A DNA stretch of 64,000 bases from Octopus sinensis (GCF_006345805.1 NC_043001.1:9982001-10046000), one strand, 5' to 3'; positions 36,696 through 51,959 are shown, counted from the first letter of the stretch. The notes: generated by a model not told the origin, from the letters alone. Program-made: numbers and translations.

Positions 36696-37555
36696 CCGTG
36701 ACCAGACATAAATCTGTATGACTCTATGGCAAAAGACAATAAACAGACCTTACGGTTGGGTCGAATGCAGAACTTCACGGTCGAAAAACAAACTTTTTAA
36801 CCACATAGCAATATTCGTGTTCCTCCTTTACAGCGTTTCTTAAATTTCCATTAAAACCAGTATTTTATGTGAAACTTCACCTTGCTCTTTAACAATTAAA
36901 TAGCAAGGATATTTAGCTTTTTGCATTGTTCAGCTTAGCATTTAAGGAAATTCACCTTACCTAATTGCTGTACCTAGCGTAGTGCTCCAACTCATTAACA
37001 GTGGATGCGCACACGTGCATGCATTTGCATTAAATTACAAATCTACCATTGCTATTTTCATCTCGTCATCTGGTATTGTTGATGCAGTTCTGTGTTTGAA
37101 CAGTAAGAACTAATAATGTCGTTTACGATTCTAATGCCCTCCATTATCTGTCCCGCCACCCACCCCCCGCCTCTTCCTCACACATTAACTGATTATAATA
37201 TACTTGACTATCTCATGCTTATATTGAATATTTCTCTGGAAAGACATGGAAACAAGTGTGTGTTGTGTTCTTACACATATAACGGGAAACATTTCTTGGT
37301 ACTGAACTTCTCACAGAAGAAAATTGATTTTTAACTAATTAGTCTATGGAATTATACATAAACTTTGATGGACTTATTTCTATAATAATGTCTTCAAACT
37401 AATTCTTTTATTAGGTGCTGCCTAGTTCTGTCTTGCTTATGTATGTGTATATCAACATATACGTATCTGAATGGTGTTAAACTAATTTTAAATTTCATTA
37501 TTTTCCTTCATGCAAACCTCTGTAAGAATAGTTTTTGTTTTCAACATATCTTAGA

Positions 37556-37778
37556 TATTGCTATGTGGTTAAGAAGTTTGTATTTCGACCATATAGTTCT
37601 GCGTTCAACCCATCTGTAAGGCTTGGTTAGTGTGTCTTCTACTATAGAGTCATACAGATACACATTTGGTCACACACACATATATATACATGTGTGTAGT
37701 GTGTGTGTGTGTATGAATATGTATATATGTATGTATGTTTGCATATGTGTGTGTGTATGTATGTATATATCATCATCA
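37556..37778 (+). mobile_element. Degraded SINE C head with microsatellite
   Basis: TATGTGGTTAAGAAG..GTGTGTCTTCTACTATAG followed by TG/TA repeats. Confidence 0.6.
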
Positions 37779-38060
37779 TCATCATCTGTAAGATATCTAA
37801 GATATGCATGGTTTAATTGTTACTATGTGTTTGGAGGGACATCAGATGAAGACACAATTTCGAAATGCATTTATTGCTACACTGAAGAATCTTGGATAAC
37901 CAGTTAAGTTTATTTTGTGTCTGTTTATGATGTCGATCAAGAATATTGGTTATTTGCAAGTTTTTTTGGGGGGTTTTTTTTTTGTTCCTTTAAGTGTTTA
38001 AATATTTCTAGTTGTCCCAATAACTGCTATATTGATACAGATGATCATTGTTCTCATACC

Positions 38061-38290
38061 AACATTCGAGTGTAGTCATTGCCAGAACCGCCTGATTGGC
38101 CCTCGTGTCGGTGGCATGTAAAAAGCATCCACTACACTCTCGTTATGGTTGACATCAGGAAGGGCATCCAGCTGTAGAAACTCTGCCAGATCTGATTGAG
38201 CCTGGTGTAGCCTTCTGGCTCACCAGTCCTCAGTCAAACCGTCCAACCCATGCCGGCATGGAAAGTGGACGTTAAACGACGATGATGATG
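38061..38290 (+). mobile_element. Family B retroposon
   Basis: Core GGAAGGGCATCCAGCTGTAGAAAC and GAT tail. Confidence 0.88.
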
Positions 38291-38377
38291 ACTATTATAA
38301 TCTTTATGTACACGTTTTTTAATTTGGCATTTTCTGCAGGGATGTTTTTCTTGTCAGTTTTTCTTGTTCTCATTTAA

Positions 38378-38594
38378 ATGTTTAACATGGAGACTGGCCT
38401 TAACAGACCCTAATATTCTACATGTTTTGTGTTCAAACTGGCCACACTCAGCTTCTCACACCTAGCTTGCCATGTCACTAAAAAAATAAACAATTACATT
38501 GAAATTATAAAGCTACGAGATAATGCATGATTAATTCAAAACAATGTGAATAAATAAGGATTACATTTGACAGAATAATCTAAATGCTAAAGGG
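38378..38594. mobile_element. piggyBac-like MITE, family P2 (left end degraded)
   Basis: Right end ..TGCTAAAGGG|TTAA (TTAA at 38595-38598). Weak left counterpart after TTAA at 38374. Confidence 0.45.
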
Positions 38595-38738
38595 TTAAGC
38601 CAATTGCAATAATCTGCCTTCAAGGACTTGTGTAAATTAAACCTGCTCTTCAGTTGAAAACTGTTGTAGTTCAAACTCTAGGAGTCTGTAGTGTTTATTT
38701 TCCCTATATTTTTTCCCTTCAAGGGAATCTTTATTTCT

Positions 38739-38975
38739 TATTTCTTTATTGCCCACAAGGGGCTAAACATAGAGGGGACAAACAAGGACAGACAAATGGA
38801 TAAAGTCGATTATATCGACCCCAGTGCGTAACTGGTACTTAATATATCAACCTCGAAAGGATGAAAGGCAAAGTCGACCTCTGCAGAATTTGAACTCAGA
38901 ACGTAGCGGCAGACAAAATACCACTATGCATTTCGCCCAGCCTGCTAACGTTTCTGCCAGCTCGCTGCCTTTTTA
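38739..38975 (-). mobile_element. SINE family A
   Basis: Full length, with imperfect 14-bp TSD GAATCYTTAYTTCT (38725, 38976). Confidence 0.92.
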
Positions 38976-39276
38976 GAATCCTTACTTCTGTCTACTCCAT
39001 ACCACCGTGATGTTTATATTCGGATAGGTAGGTTGTTTCCGATTTCTGATTCATCATATTTAGAGATATTGTAAGCAAGGCATTGCTTTAAGAACAGCAG
39101 AGATAATCTGGCTAAAGAATGCAGAGAAACCCAACAAGTATTTCTCTTTGGTTTTGAATGAAATGACTTACATGGTCAGCATGCTAATTAGATCTCCTAC
39201 ATCAAAGCTTGTACCTTTTGCTATGATTCTAAAATTCTATCTGCTTACTTTGCAGAATCCTAAGATATTCCCTATT

Positions 39277-39718
39277 CTCTTTTACTCTTTTACTTGTTTC
39301 AGTCATTTGACTGTGGCCATGCTGGAGCACCACCTTTAGTCGAGCAAATCGACCCCAGGACTTATTCTTTGTAAGCTTAATACTTATTCTATCAGTCTCT
39401 TTTTCCAAACCGCTAAGTTACAGGGACGTAAATACACCAGCATCGGTTGTCAAGCGATGTGGAGGGGGGGGAGCAAACACAGACACACAAACATACACAC
39501 ACACACACATATATATATATACACGCATATATATATATATATATACATATATACGACGGGCTTCTTTCAGTTTCCATCTACCAAATCCACTCACAAGGCT
39601 TTGGTCAGCCCGAGGCTATAGTAGAAGACACTTGTCCAACGTTCCATGCAGTGGGACTGAACCTGGGACCATGTGGTTCATAAGCAAGCTACTTACCACA
39701 CAGCCACTCCTACACCTA
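39277..39718 (-). mobile_element. SINE family C
   Basis: Full-length reverse copy. Confidence 0.92.
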
Positions 39719-42700
39719 CACATACTTGTTTTATAAATTTATACCTTCACTTTTTACGTATCATTCACGATATTGATATCCCATGTCTCAATAGTTTGTT
39801 TTTTTATTCTTTTTCTACATAATTTAATAGGTGCAAGGACAAAAGGCATTGTTATATATGCAATGTTTGATGTGATTTATTCTGTTTAAAGTGCATTGTA
39901 GAAACCTGGGCATTTTGTAATATATTTGAAGCAAGCCCAATAAAATTCAAACCGTCATCACTCTTCAGTCTGTTTCATGCTCTGTTTTACCTTTGGGTAT
40001 TTGCTTTTGTCATGAACAAAGTACATTCAAGGTTTCTTTCATCTCAAAGTTGACTTTGATATGGATTTGACTAAGTCTATTTGTCTCTGCTTATGTGGAA
40101 CTAAGAGATTTTCAACGTGAATTAGCATCAGTTCTTCTATGATTATTTGGTAGTTGCCAAAAAATAAAGCATCACTTTTATTACAGTGTTCAAAAGTGTC
40201 TTTTAAAAAGCCAAATTATCTATAAGTATTATTAGTTGTATATTAGGTAATATGTGAATTCTTTGTATAGCTAACATTTGGCTAAATTCATGTTTTCAAT
40301 TCTAATAATTTGCCACGCACTTCAAATGTACTTAGGAAAAGAATGGGTTATACAACACAAATTTCATACCCACTATGTAAATTAATTGATAAAAACCTAT
40401 TATGAAAATTCAAGCAGTTGACATTTATAAATTAAATATTGATTGATGATAGAGTAATATTGTGAATGAAGATGAGAAAAAGATAAATATAAATCTTATA
40501 TGAGATAAAAGTAGAATGAATGAATTTTAATGCTAAGTTGAAATTAGATTGAGAACAAAAAAAAAAAGAAAACAAAATTAACAAATAAAACATCTCTTAA
40601 TTGTTTAGTGTGTTGTTTATGTATGTAATTCTATGAATCCACTTGACAGATAAATTACTTAAGTTGTTGAATTGTGACATCCTATGAATACATGGCTACT
40701 TGACCTCTACTCGATGACAAGTTATTCTTTTAGAACCTGTTTTAGCAATAGCAGGTTTGAATCTTTTCATATCCTTCCTTACATATTCAATTCTGTTCAA
40801 ATTGTTCTTCAGTATTCATTCTCTTGACTTTTGAATAAAACTACGTACAAAATTTTCAAAGGACTTTTAGCATATTTTGTATCCAATATGACTTCTATAA
40901 ATTAGAAAATATTAATGATGGAAAAAAAAAAAACAAAGAACAGAGTAGGCATCTTCCTTTTTAGTTTTCTTTTGCAACTTTAGAATATTCCAAATCTAAA
41001 CTGAATTAAATGCATATATAACCACTCTGTAACCAAGTTAATATTTATTAAGTTAATTTAAATTCACTCATGTATAGGAAAATATTACACTTGAAGCAGA
41101 CAGTATTTCATATTAGTATGTAAATCTAAATTAAAAATAAATGCATGTAGGGCAGGCTTCATAATCTTTTAAAATTCATTGTGAGCGACTTATCCTTCAG
41201 TTAAGCCTGATGTATAATGCATTAGATGTCAGACAGATTCTTAAAGCCATGCTAGGTGCAAAGTATTGGTTATTTAAAGATGTCTACACTTTGTATCATG
41301 TCATTAGTTTTATTCGATGACTGTTGCCAAAGCGCATATCTCAACCAAATTCTGAGTAACTTTGTTACATTGTGAATATTTCGGTCTTGTGATGAGATAC
41401 CAATGATCAGAATATATTTGTCTGAATCCAACGAGTTTGTTATATTTGGAAATTCCTGTCTCTATGATCACTTGTATGCTATTGTGTGGATGAAGTGAAT
41501 ATAATAAAACCTGAAGTTTCATAATTTCTTAACATTCATAGACATATTTCAGAAAGTAGTATGTCGTTGATTTGTAAAGCTTTAAATATTTGAATGCCTG
41601 TATCTTCTATTAGCATTATTAAAAACCTTAAGCATACCGTACTGATTTCCTTAAGCGCTGTACTAGTCCTATGCATATTTTCTACCTGCTTGTCTTTTAT
41701 TAATAGCTGTGATTTATATTTGCCTTCTTTTGAAAAACAATTTTCTATGATGATAAATTGGCTCTGATTTTGACAATTTTTCTTTTCCTAATATCTTATA
41801 AATAATTTGTGTCTATGTATGTGGAGCACAAAAAATTAATGTCGATAGCAATTTGCTTCTATTTATTATTTTGCTAACTATCCTCTCAAATCACATTGGT
41901 AATTCACTCATTTTCATTAATTAAAAACTTGGATGTCAAATTTAAAACAATTTTCTTCCTTTTTTTTAATATTTTTATTGTAATGAAATAAGAAGACTAT
42001 TTGATATGATTTCATCTCTGGTAATTTCATAATTGAAATTCATGTAAAATTAAATTTTAATTTAATATTTTTTTTTTATTTCATTTTTCATAATTAAAAA
42101 TCTTATTTTCTTCAGATATTGGAATACTAAATTTATGACTGCTATAATCTGTAGAATCTAGTCACATATATTTTCCAGCAGCTATTAGTATTCTTCATTT
42201 TCTCTAAAATTATCTTTCAACCAAATGAAGACCATATATTTTTCAGCCCCCTTTAAAAGTGTATTCTTTGTTTATTCCTTAAATGTATCTCAATACTTGA
42301 AAGGGTCAATTTACCTGTCAGTTTTGCAAGACTGCTGGCCTTTGTTTATTTTGTTCACCAGAATACAAGCTAGATCAATACTTTTTCACCTATCAATATG
42401 ATATATTATTAATTCACTTGTTCATTGCAACTCGATCACAAGGTACTCAGCTACTCTGTGATATAAATAAAGAGTTTGTAGCAAAACATTTCTGACATTT
42501 TGATAATTTGTTAGAGAAAAAGCAATGGTTTACTAATTAGCACTGGCTTCATTTTCAGAACCTCAGTTAATCTCTTATGTTAGTATGTCATTTCAGTGTC
42601 GGAAAAAAAAAAGAAAAAAAGATACTTATGGTTTGTAAATGTTAGTGAGTTCTTATACATATGGAATTTTGTACCATATTTCACAACAACTTTGCTCTGT

Positions 42701-43260
42701 AACTAATTTTTAAATCGTTTCAGTACACAGTTCTAAGTATGGTTCTAGGCAATACTGCTTAGAGATTAGGCATTATTCATAGTGGACAAATAGTCTATTC
42801 ATCTGAGGCTTAGTTTGTAATTAACCTGTATACAAGATTGATACAAAGCATGAAGTTAAAATTAAGAAAGAAATTAAAACATCCAAAGATACAGCTAGGA
42901 AAGAAATATTTTCTTGAGGGAAGAAAATGTTAAGCTAATTTTTGCATGGTTACAACTTGGAGAGTTTTAGGCAGCAAGTCAAACTATATATTCCTTTTTC
43001 CAGTCCAAGATTTACTTACTTTGACCTCTCACTAACATTATACAAGAATACATAATCTTTAATACTGCAAATTCATCACATGTGCCATCTGATTATTTCT
43101 ACAAAACATTTAATTCCATTGTAAAGTATTTTAATTAGATATAACAATGTCATGAAACAATACAAATTGCAGGCTGGGACATAACCTCTTGGAATACCAA
43201 GAATATGTAGATTGCATTGTCATATCCAAAATCTACAAAATTCCCTGATGGCTTAGCACC

Positions 43261-43643
43261 TTTACTCTTTTACTTGTTTCAGTCATTTGACTGCAGCCAT
43301 GCTGGAGCACCGCCTTTAGTCAAGTAAATCGACCACAGGACCTATTCTTTATAAGACTAGTACTGATTCTATCAGTCTCTTTTGCCAAACTGCTAAGTTA
43401 CGGGGGATGTAAACACACCAGCATCAGTTATCAAGTGATGCTGAAGGGGCAAACACAGAACCACAAACATACACACACACATACATGTACATATTCATAT
43501 ATACGACGGGTTTCTACTCACAAGGCTTTGGTCAGCCCAAGGCTATAGTAGAAGACACTTGTCCAAGGTGCCATGCAGTAAGCCTGAACCTGGGACCATG
43601 TGGTTGGTAAGCAAGCTACTTACCACACAGCCACTCCTGCACC
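43261..43643 (-). mobile_element. SINE family C
   Basis: Reverse copy with a small internal deletion. Confidence 0.9.
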
Positions 43644-46355
43644 TATCTTATTTCTATCTTATTTCTTTTAACTTGTAATTATGTAATTTAATTGCACTAC
43701 CTCAAAATCTTGTACATTTCATGGAAGTGCAGTTATAAGCAAAATACAGCTGTACAATTAATTATTCCACCACTTCCCTAATCCCCTAAAAAATTAGTTT
43801 CAAATCCGTTATCTTCTTTCTTATTCAAATATCAAACTACTTGAAATACAACTGGGCATCACATCTTACAAAATGGTGATACTACACACATTGATATGCA
43901 TACAGTGTGAAAACACCAGGAATTACATAGACCACCTTTACAGCATTTATTAGCACACAAAGAAGAGCTAATTAAGAAAGCTAAACACACTCATGAAGGA
44001 CACTTTGAGCATCCACAGGTACAACAATTTGCTCAACACAAAAAAAGTAACACTTGTGTAAGAACAATATTTTGGAGTCTTCAAGACTATACCAATTCTA
44101 TCTGGATAGCAGACATTTCCTCACAGATATAAAGAATCTAAGACAACAGAAATCCCATCATCAACTGATGCACATAAATGGCTCTTGCAGATCAATCAAT
44201 ATAATAAAATGAAAATACTCCCAAAAACCACCTGGGCATTTGCTACCTGTCCTTGTCAGTACATGTATAATCATGCTTAGGTATATCTTCCATTCCTGAA
44301 TGTGATTATGACATCTTAAAATCTTCTCTTTCCATTCATTAAAGAGCATGCAAGCATATGTGCACACATACACACAATAGCAGCAGCATCAATACACTCG
44401 TTAGACCCAAACACTGTCCTGGGATTCATATAATGTGTGTTAAACTAGTTAAGAGTTATTTTCTGCCCCTATGTTTCCTGTTTCTGCTGTGGCCACCACC
44501 AAAACCTACAGGAATTGAAAAATAGATTGGGAATTGAAAAACAAGCAACCTATAAAAATGCTACACTCCACCCCATACATTAAATCAGTGCATGCTGGAG
44601 TGCACAGTATTGTTCTTCATAATGCACATCAGGATCACTATCTGTGATTATCATAGTTATTTGACCCTCACTCTGTGTGCCATGCATCTGCTAAACTTCC
44701 ACCATCACAACTTCGTATTTTTTTTCCCATCTCTTGAAGTATATTCTTGTTTTTCTATTTTTCCCTTTTTTTTTTTCTCTCCTTCTCTAAATATTAACAA
44801 AACTAACCTTTGATATGCAACTAGAGATATCAGCAATTTAGTAATATCATGAATATGAGAGCATAACATAACAAAAAAAAAAAAAAAAAAGAAACATTGA
44901 TAGAAAATCTAGTTGATAGAAGACACTTAACAACATTGGGATTTATGGAAGAGATAACATTAGATGAAGATGTATAGTGATGTACTGCATTACAGACTCA
45001 TCTAGCTCAGACATAAATGCAATTATATATAATAATATACATTTGTAAACAGCAATTAGAGGGTGAAACATTATGACAAATTCACTGATGTGATCAAACC
45101 AAATATCCATTGCAGTAATTTATAAACTGTGAGTGTCTTCATATGTGTTCCTTTGAAAATATTTGGTCTCATTTTGGGTAAAATTAGGAATGAATGTTGG
45201 TTTACTTGTCTCTATGGTAAATAGGTCAATTATTTGGAAATCATTTTGGTTTGTGAATGGTCGACTGCAAAGGAGGGAACATTTAGCCTATTGCCATGTT
45301 TATTATTTGTTTATTGGTATTTGATTATTCAAAGCTCGGAAAGCAAAGATAGTTTCTATTTGAAGTGTATCTAAGAAAACTATTACCAGTTGTAGTAATG
45401 ACAGTTACATATGAATCCATTTGGATAGCTTCATGTTTGGTTATTTGCAATACTAATGACACAAATCACCAATATGAACTTTCAATAAATTTATTGTTAG
45501 TAGAATCTGGATAGCAATTGATGTGTTTTAACTAAAGTGTGATATTTGACTATATCTATCGACTTAGATGTTATTTTTATAAGTTTTGGGAGAACTGCAT
45601 CTATGTTAAGTTTTGATTTCAAGTTAGAGCCATTCCTCGGAAAATTCTCTCAATGTTGATGGCAAACAGTACATGGAACTTTTCTAATAGTAGCCTTGAA
45701 TTGTTTATGCTTTATTTTTATAATATAAAAAAAAAATACAATAAAGGAAGCTAAATAAAATAAAATATTTAAAAAAGCAAATATTTTAGAATATTCCATA
45801 ACCTCTGAACATCTTCCTAGTTTCAACATGTGAATTTTATCTATACTGTACTTTCTACTAGTTGTGAAGAAAAATATTGTAGCCTAAGGGAAACAAATTT
45901 GCATAACCATGAATAACATGTCACTAAAATTATATTTTCTATCAATGTTAGATCTTGTAAAACAGAATAAATAACATTTTATAGTGATCCAATATTTGTA
46001 TCTAGTCAACACTGCACTACAAAAGCAGGGATTCTGTTTCAGAGCTTGCAAATATGTCATATCTTAACTATTGCATATCTTTTAAAATGTACAAATATGA
46101 ACCACTTAAAATTAGTTAACACATTCTGGCCACTTAACCATCATATGTATATATATATATATATATACATGTCCCAGGTAGCATTATTTGAGAATTTGTC
46201 TCATGAGCATTCTCCTACATTAGAGTAAGATGATTGGGTGCAGCTGTTTGGAGGGTGATGATTTGGTGTGGCTGAGAGGACATTCCGCATGTTTTCCAGC
46301 AGTACTTCATGGCAAGTGTTTGCCTAGAAACATACACATATGGACAGAAAGTGAG

Positions 46356-46391
<36 letters not shown>

Positions 46392-46749
46392 TACAAACAC
46401 TTTCTCTCTCCTTATCCGTATGGAGAAATATGCTCCCACCCATAAATAGAACTAGAGAAGGACAGGGAGTGACATTACACTTTATCAATTGAACAGAATT
46501 AAAATTCACACTTTCTCTCTCTTCATACACATAGAGAAATATGCTGGGAAAGAGAACGTGGGTGGGGGGTCAGTATGGCATCAGGGACACCAAATAGGCA
46601 GTGCCAAAATGGCCCTACCATTGGCTTATATACTCCTCCACCACGACTGACCACACCTATACACACATTACTTCCCACTCTGAAAATTTATTTACACTTC
46701 TTTGCTGCTACTACAATCATCTTTGCTGCTTATTTGAACTTAATTATAT

Positions 46750-46981
46750 ATTTCTTTATTGCCCACAAGGGGCTAAACATAGAGGGGACAAACAAGGACA
46801 GACAAACGGATTAAGTTAATTACAACGACTCCAGTGCGAAACTGGTACTTTATTTATCGACTCCGAAAGGATGAAAGGCAAAGTCGACCTCAGTGGAATT
46901 TGAACTCAGAACATTGTGACAGATGAAATACCGTTAAGCATTTCACCCAACGTGCTAACGATTCTGCCAGCTCGCCGCCTT
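46750..46981 (-). mobile_element. SINE family A
   Basis: 17-bp TSD TTTGAACTTAATTATAT (46733-46749, 46982-46998). Confidence 0.93.
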
Positions 46982-47143
46982 TTTGAACTTAATTATATTC
47001 TGTTTCACATCCAACAACTTGTACCAAATATTTTGTCTACTAAACCTTTTCTACAGCTACTTGCTTGTCAGAATGCTCCCTAAATCCCCAGTAGTACAAA
47101 TACCCTGCTATCATTCAAACTAAACATTAACTACTCTGTTTCT

Positions 47144-47370
47144 GAGGTGGCAGAAACGTTACCATGCTGGATGAAATGCTTAGTGGTATTTTGTCTGTCT
47201 TTATGTTCTGAGTTCAAATTCCACCGAGGTCGACTTTGCCTTTCATCCTTTCGGGGTCAATAAATTAAGTACCAGTTATGCACTGGTGTCGATGTAATCG
47301 ACTTAATACCTATGTCTGTCCTTGTTTGTCCCCTCTATGTTTAGCCCCTTGTGGGTAATAAAGAAATAGG
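47144..47370 (+). mobile_element. SINE family A
   Basis: Near-full-length copy, inverted relative to 46750-46981. Confidence 0.92.
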
Positions 47371-47486
47371 TAAATTAAAAGGGGGAATGAACTAACAACC
47401 AAACTGAAAGATCAAGATAAAACAATATAGCCATGCTGAGGTAGAGTCTGAGAAAATATTTTAGCTATGTCTTTATGATATAGCTC

Positions 47487-47881
47487 TCTCTTTACTCTTT
47501 TACTTTTTCAGTCATTTGACTGCGGCCATGCTGGAGCACCGCCTTTAGTCGAGCAAATCGACCTCGGGACTTATTCTTTGTAAGCCCAGTACTTATTCTA
47601 TCAGTCTCTTCTGCTGAACCGCTAAGTGACAGGGACGTAAACACACCAGCATCGGTTGTCAAGCAATGCTAGGGGGACAAACACAGATGCACACACTTAT
47701 ATATATATACATATATACGACAGGCTTCTTTCAGTTTCCGTCTACCAAATCCACTCACAAGGCATTGGTCGGCCCGGGGCTATAGCAGAAGACACTTGCC
47801 CAAGATGCCACGCAGTGGGACTGATCCCGGAACCATGTGGTTGGTTAGCAAGCTACTTACCACACAGCCACTCCTGCGCCT
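47487..47881 (-). mobile_element. SINE family C
   Basis: Full-length reverse copy. Confidence 0.92.
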
Positions 47882-49424
47882 GTGTGTTTTTATTAATTGT
47901 TTTTTCAGCAGTTTCTGAAAAGAAATTTTCAATTAGATTGTGTTACTCATTTTTATAAGTAACAATATCTTCTAATTCCTACTTGTTTTTTTTGTTTTTT
48001 TTTAGTTTTTTTTTTATTGTTTGCATCTCATTTTGAGGTTAGCATTTGTCTGCTAAAATGCACTCAGTTGCAATAAGCTATATCATATTAGTTAAAGTGT
48101 ATGCCAGTTGTCATTCTATATGGTTTCTCAATAAACCTCCAAGCAAGTTCAAGAAGTTACCAGTTCTTAGATTTTATCTTCATCACTACCAACCATTGTG
48201 AAATTCCAATAAATCCATGATTTTGGTATTGATTCAATTCTGTCAGTATGTCTGTATTCCTTGTGGCATGCTACATATTTGTATATTAGATTACAGGTAG
48301 ATTACAGGTATTTTGAGTCCAACAAAGTAATTGTTATTTGTATTTTCATTTTTACTTGGATACCGTCTAGTAAATTGTTTATTGATCTTTCATCCCCTCA
48401 TGTGCTGATCTAACTATATAATAGTTACTGAATATATCTCACTGCTCTGATATTTACATGGGAAATGTAGTAAGTTTTCACAGTGAATCTTTTCAAGTGA
48501 ACGCACTTAGCTGATTCATATTTACTGCACAGACTGACTCTTTGGAGCCAAGTAATAGAACTCTTCCTAAATGTATATCGATCTTACTGACTTAATAGCA
48601 ACACTGGTAATAACAGCAACAGTACGAATAACAACAATATTATTATTCTGTGATAGAGTATGTCGGCTGTTGAGGTTTTGTCAATTAATTCTCCATGAAA
48701 ATAGATTATTTTAGATACTCAAAGCCTTCAGTAGTCTGGAAATCTACATCTGATCTATTGATCTAATTTTTATCAATAATTATTTCAATACTAAAAAGGA
48801 AATATGTAAGCTGGAAGTTATTTCATCAACAGCATCATCACCATTACTGCAAATAGTGTGGTTGTTACTTCTATTAAAATATGGCCCATGGGTTACATAT
48901 TCAAAGACTGTTATAAACATCACAAGTCCTTGAGGAAGGACTTTTGCTCTACTTCTTTCAGGTTATATATCATTGAAAGAGATACTAACTCTATTTCAAA
49001 GCATTCTAGCTTGTTCTAAGAACTCTGTGTGGCAATAAAACATCTGCTGAAAGATCATGTGAATGTACACAGGACTGTTTTAAAATGTAAGACTAGGCAT
49101 TGGTATGAAGTATCAGAAAGCTGACATATTTTTGTGTATGCAGTAAATATAATTAATTACAGGCATATTAATGAAATAAGTGTTTCTCAAAGAAGACTGC
49201 CTTCTTGCCATCTGAATACGTTTATGAATAGGCACCTTGATTGCACATGTCTGCAGAAATTAAAAATAGAAGAAAATATTGCTTCTTTATAAGTTTCAAA
49301 AAGATTATAAATTGGCTTAAATTTTCTGTTAATAGTATTTAATTCTAGTGTTTGACTAATTAAAATTTTATATTTCTGAAATAGAAAAGTGCAAGGAGAA
49401 AAAAGAAAATGATTTACATATTAA

Positions 49425-49622
49425 CGTGTGTGCATGTGCGCATGCCTCTGTGTGTGTGTGTGTGTGTATATATGATTGATGACAGCAATTTTACTTATAT
49501 ATATATATATATGTATATATATATGTATATATGTGTATATATATATATATATGTATATATGTATATATATATATGTATATATGTATTTACATATATATAT
49601 ATATATATATAGTACACACATA
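49425..49622. repeat. Compound (TG)/(TA) microsatellite
   Basis: Directly visible. Confidence 0.92.
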
Positions 49623-50187
49623 TTCCAATAGCTAATGTATTTAATATGAAAACTTCAAAGTGAATTAATGGCTATGATATGTATAGGTGTGTATTTTTAA
49701 TTCTTCTATTGAAATTTTAAAGTTTATTTTTCAATGCCAGCATGGTTTCACTGATGCTTCTCCCTCTTGCCTAGTCTGTTTTGGCTATAAATATTTTCGA
49801 CTGACTACAAACAAATTTGTCTCCCACCATAACTTACATATTCATGTGATATCGCCATATCTATGCATCTGCTACTCTTCTGCATGTTGGTTAATATGCC
49901 GCTTATATCTCTTCATATTATCATCTCATTGGTGCTCAGTCTTGATTCTTTCTTTCTTTCTTTTTGTAGATTACCATTGCATATCCAACATTTGATACTT
50001 GGTACATTCTCTCTAGCTATTGCATATTTCTTTAATACTCGTAAATGATGCCTCAATGTCAGAAAATCAGTATACAAGTTTACATACAGTTCATATAATC
50101 TTCCCTGTGGCTGCTGAATGATAACCATATTTGCCAAATAAATTAACGGGTAAAATAACTTTTACCACCAACAACTGCAGTATTTAT

Positions 50188-50399
50188 CACTTTCATTACC
50201 AACCCGCCTGGAACCGGCTCTGGGTACAAATGTCTTGTTTTGATAAGTTTTTGAATTAAAATCTTCTACCAAACCTTACTCACTATTTATGTTCCTAACA
50301 CTAGCTAAATGATAATTGAGTTATTTCACTAAAATCCTTTGTTACATTTAAAATACTTGAAAGAAACGCAGAGCATCTCAAAATATGGTAATGAAAGGG
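50188..50399 (-). mobile_element. piggyBac-like MITE, family P1 (reverse copy)
   Basis: Its reverse complement aligns along the whole of 10158-10379. It ends GAAAGGG|TTAA. Confidence 0.65.
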
Positions 50400-51959
50400 T
50401 TAATCACTTTACCTAAGTAGCTGAACTTGTCTATGGCATCATGAACAAATGGTTCCTGCAAAAACTCATTGTCTTTTATGTACTCAAAGCATACACTGAA
50501 CGGCCAATATTGAATTCTTACCTATACCCTTTTTACAGAAATAGCACAATGGATTTCTTTATTACAGGAGACTTGTTTTTGTCTGTTGTGTGGGCATGGT
50601 AGTCTTTGTCTTATTCACCAATTTTTCCATTTATTGTGTAATAGCACTGTTACCATCTCCATGTAGAAATGTCCATAGAAATCTGGTCTTAATATCTGCA
50701 TAATTGTGTTAAGAAATATATTGAGAATAGGAAGGCTCGGAAGGAAGATTTTATGGACAGTAGAGTGCTTAATCCCATACTTCTTGGTCTTCCTAATGAA
50801 TTGCGAGCCGTTTACCAAATCTTCAAGTAAGCATTAAAGGCAAAAAAAAATTGTTCACATCTTGAATTTCTGAATTTGTGAATCCTATTTGATTTCTGTC
50901 ATTTTGATAAATTTTATTTTAGTGAAATAAACTGAGAAAATAATGGCAAGCGCTATAGAACAATTAAAATGAGGGCAAAGATGAATAGCATTCACAGGTA
51001 TCATAAAAGTGCCACATGATACTGCCATCAGGTAGACAAATCGAAGGTTAGATCCACAATACTATTTGTCTTTTCATGTCTTGAGATCTGAATATCTAAT
51101 TCAATCAACTTTTTGATGAAAATAAATACAAACACTTGCTTTTTATTTTAATTATATCGTGACCAAATCACTATGGTACTGCAATACTTTTTGTGTACAT
51201 TAATGAAAAATGTTTTATATTTGTGAAATCCTCTCTTGGATTGCTGCCTTTAGTGATGTGTTTCTAGTGAGGTCAGAAGTAAAAACGGATGCTGCTGTGT
51301 GATAATTGATAGCGGTGGCAACATTTTGATAGTGATTTGAACATTTCCGGTGTGTGAAATGTCTGCTTCCCATTACTGGAATAGTTCTACTGTTTCATTA
51401 CAATTAATTACAAACCATTAGTTTAAAGATTCAATTTTTTTTAAATAATTAATTTTCAACTTTATTCACGCATTTTTCTCTTTTATTCTCATTCTTGTGG
51501 TTAAAAGTAATCAAATTCTCAAGACTCAGTTTGTATGTGTGTTGACAGAACAGAAAGAAAACCATTTTATGTGTTTATTCGGTTTTTTGATGGAAATCTT
51601 AATCATTTTTTTTTTCTCTCTCTTCCACATAATGTTTGACATTATCTGATAAGATAATAGCTATTGCTCATCCAGCATGATGCAAATGTAATGAATGCAT
51701 ATGTGGTATTGTGGAGGGGAGAAGGGGAAGAAAAGTGACAAGCAGCTTCTAGTTAAATAATTCCAATGTATAATCTTTGCTGTTACAATTGTGGAATACA
51801 CGGTGTCTTACAATGAGATAGAAATACTGGTATAAAAGAGATAGCTTTATCGAAATTGCTTAATCCTTAAAGTTTTCAACACTTGATGATATAAATCTAA
51901 CTTGTAGATTAAGTTGAGTGTATTCGCTACTAAAAGTGCTGTTCATTTTTTTAAATTTC

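Noticed and set aside
36181-37907. Ile/Tyr/Cys/Val-rich ORFs (also 49409-49621 and 52056-52788)
   Set aside because: Translations of (TA)n, (TG)n and (CA)n microsatellites or SINE interiors.
43900-44260. Open + frame with HEGHF, reminiscent of an LTR integrase zinc-binding region
   Set aside because: No CxxC partner, DDE motif or LTR found.
48700-49040. GPCR-like hydrophobic minus frame and a + strand acceptor at 48960
   Set aside because: Frames are short and closed by stops, with no diagnostic 7TM motif.
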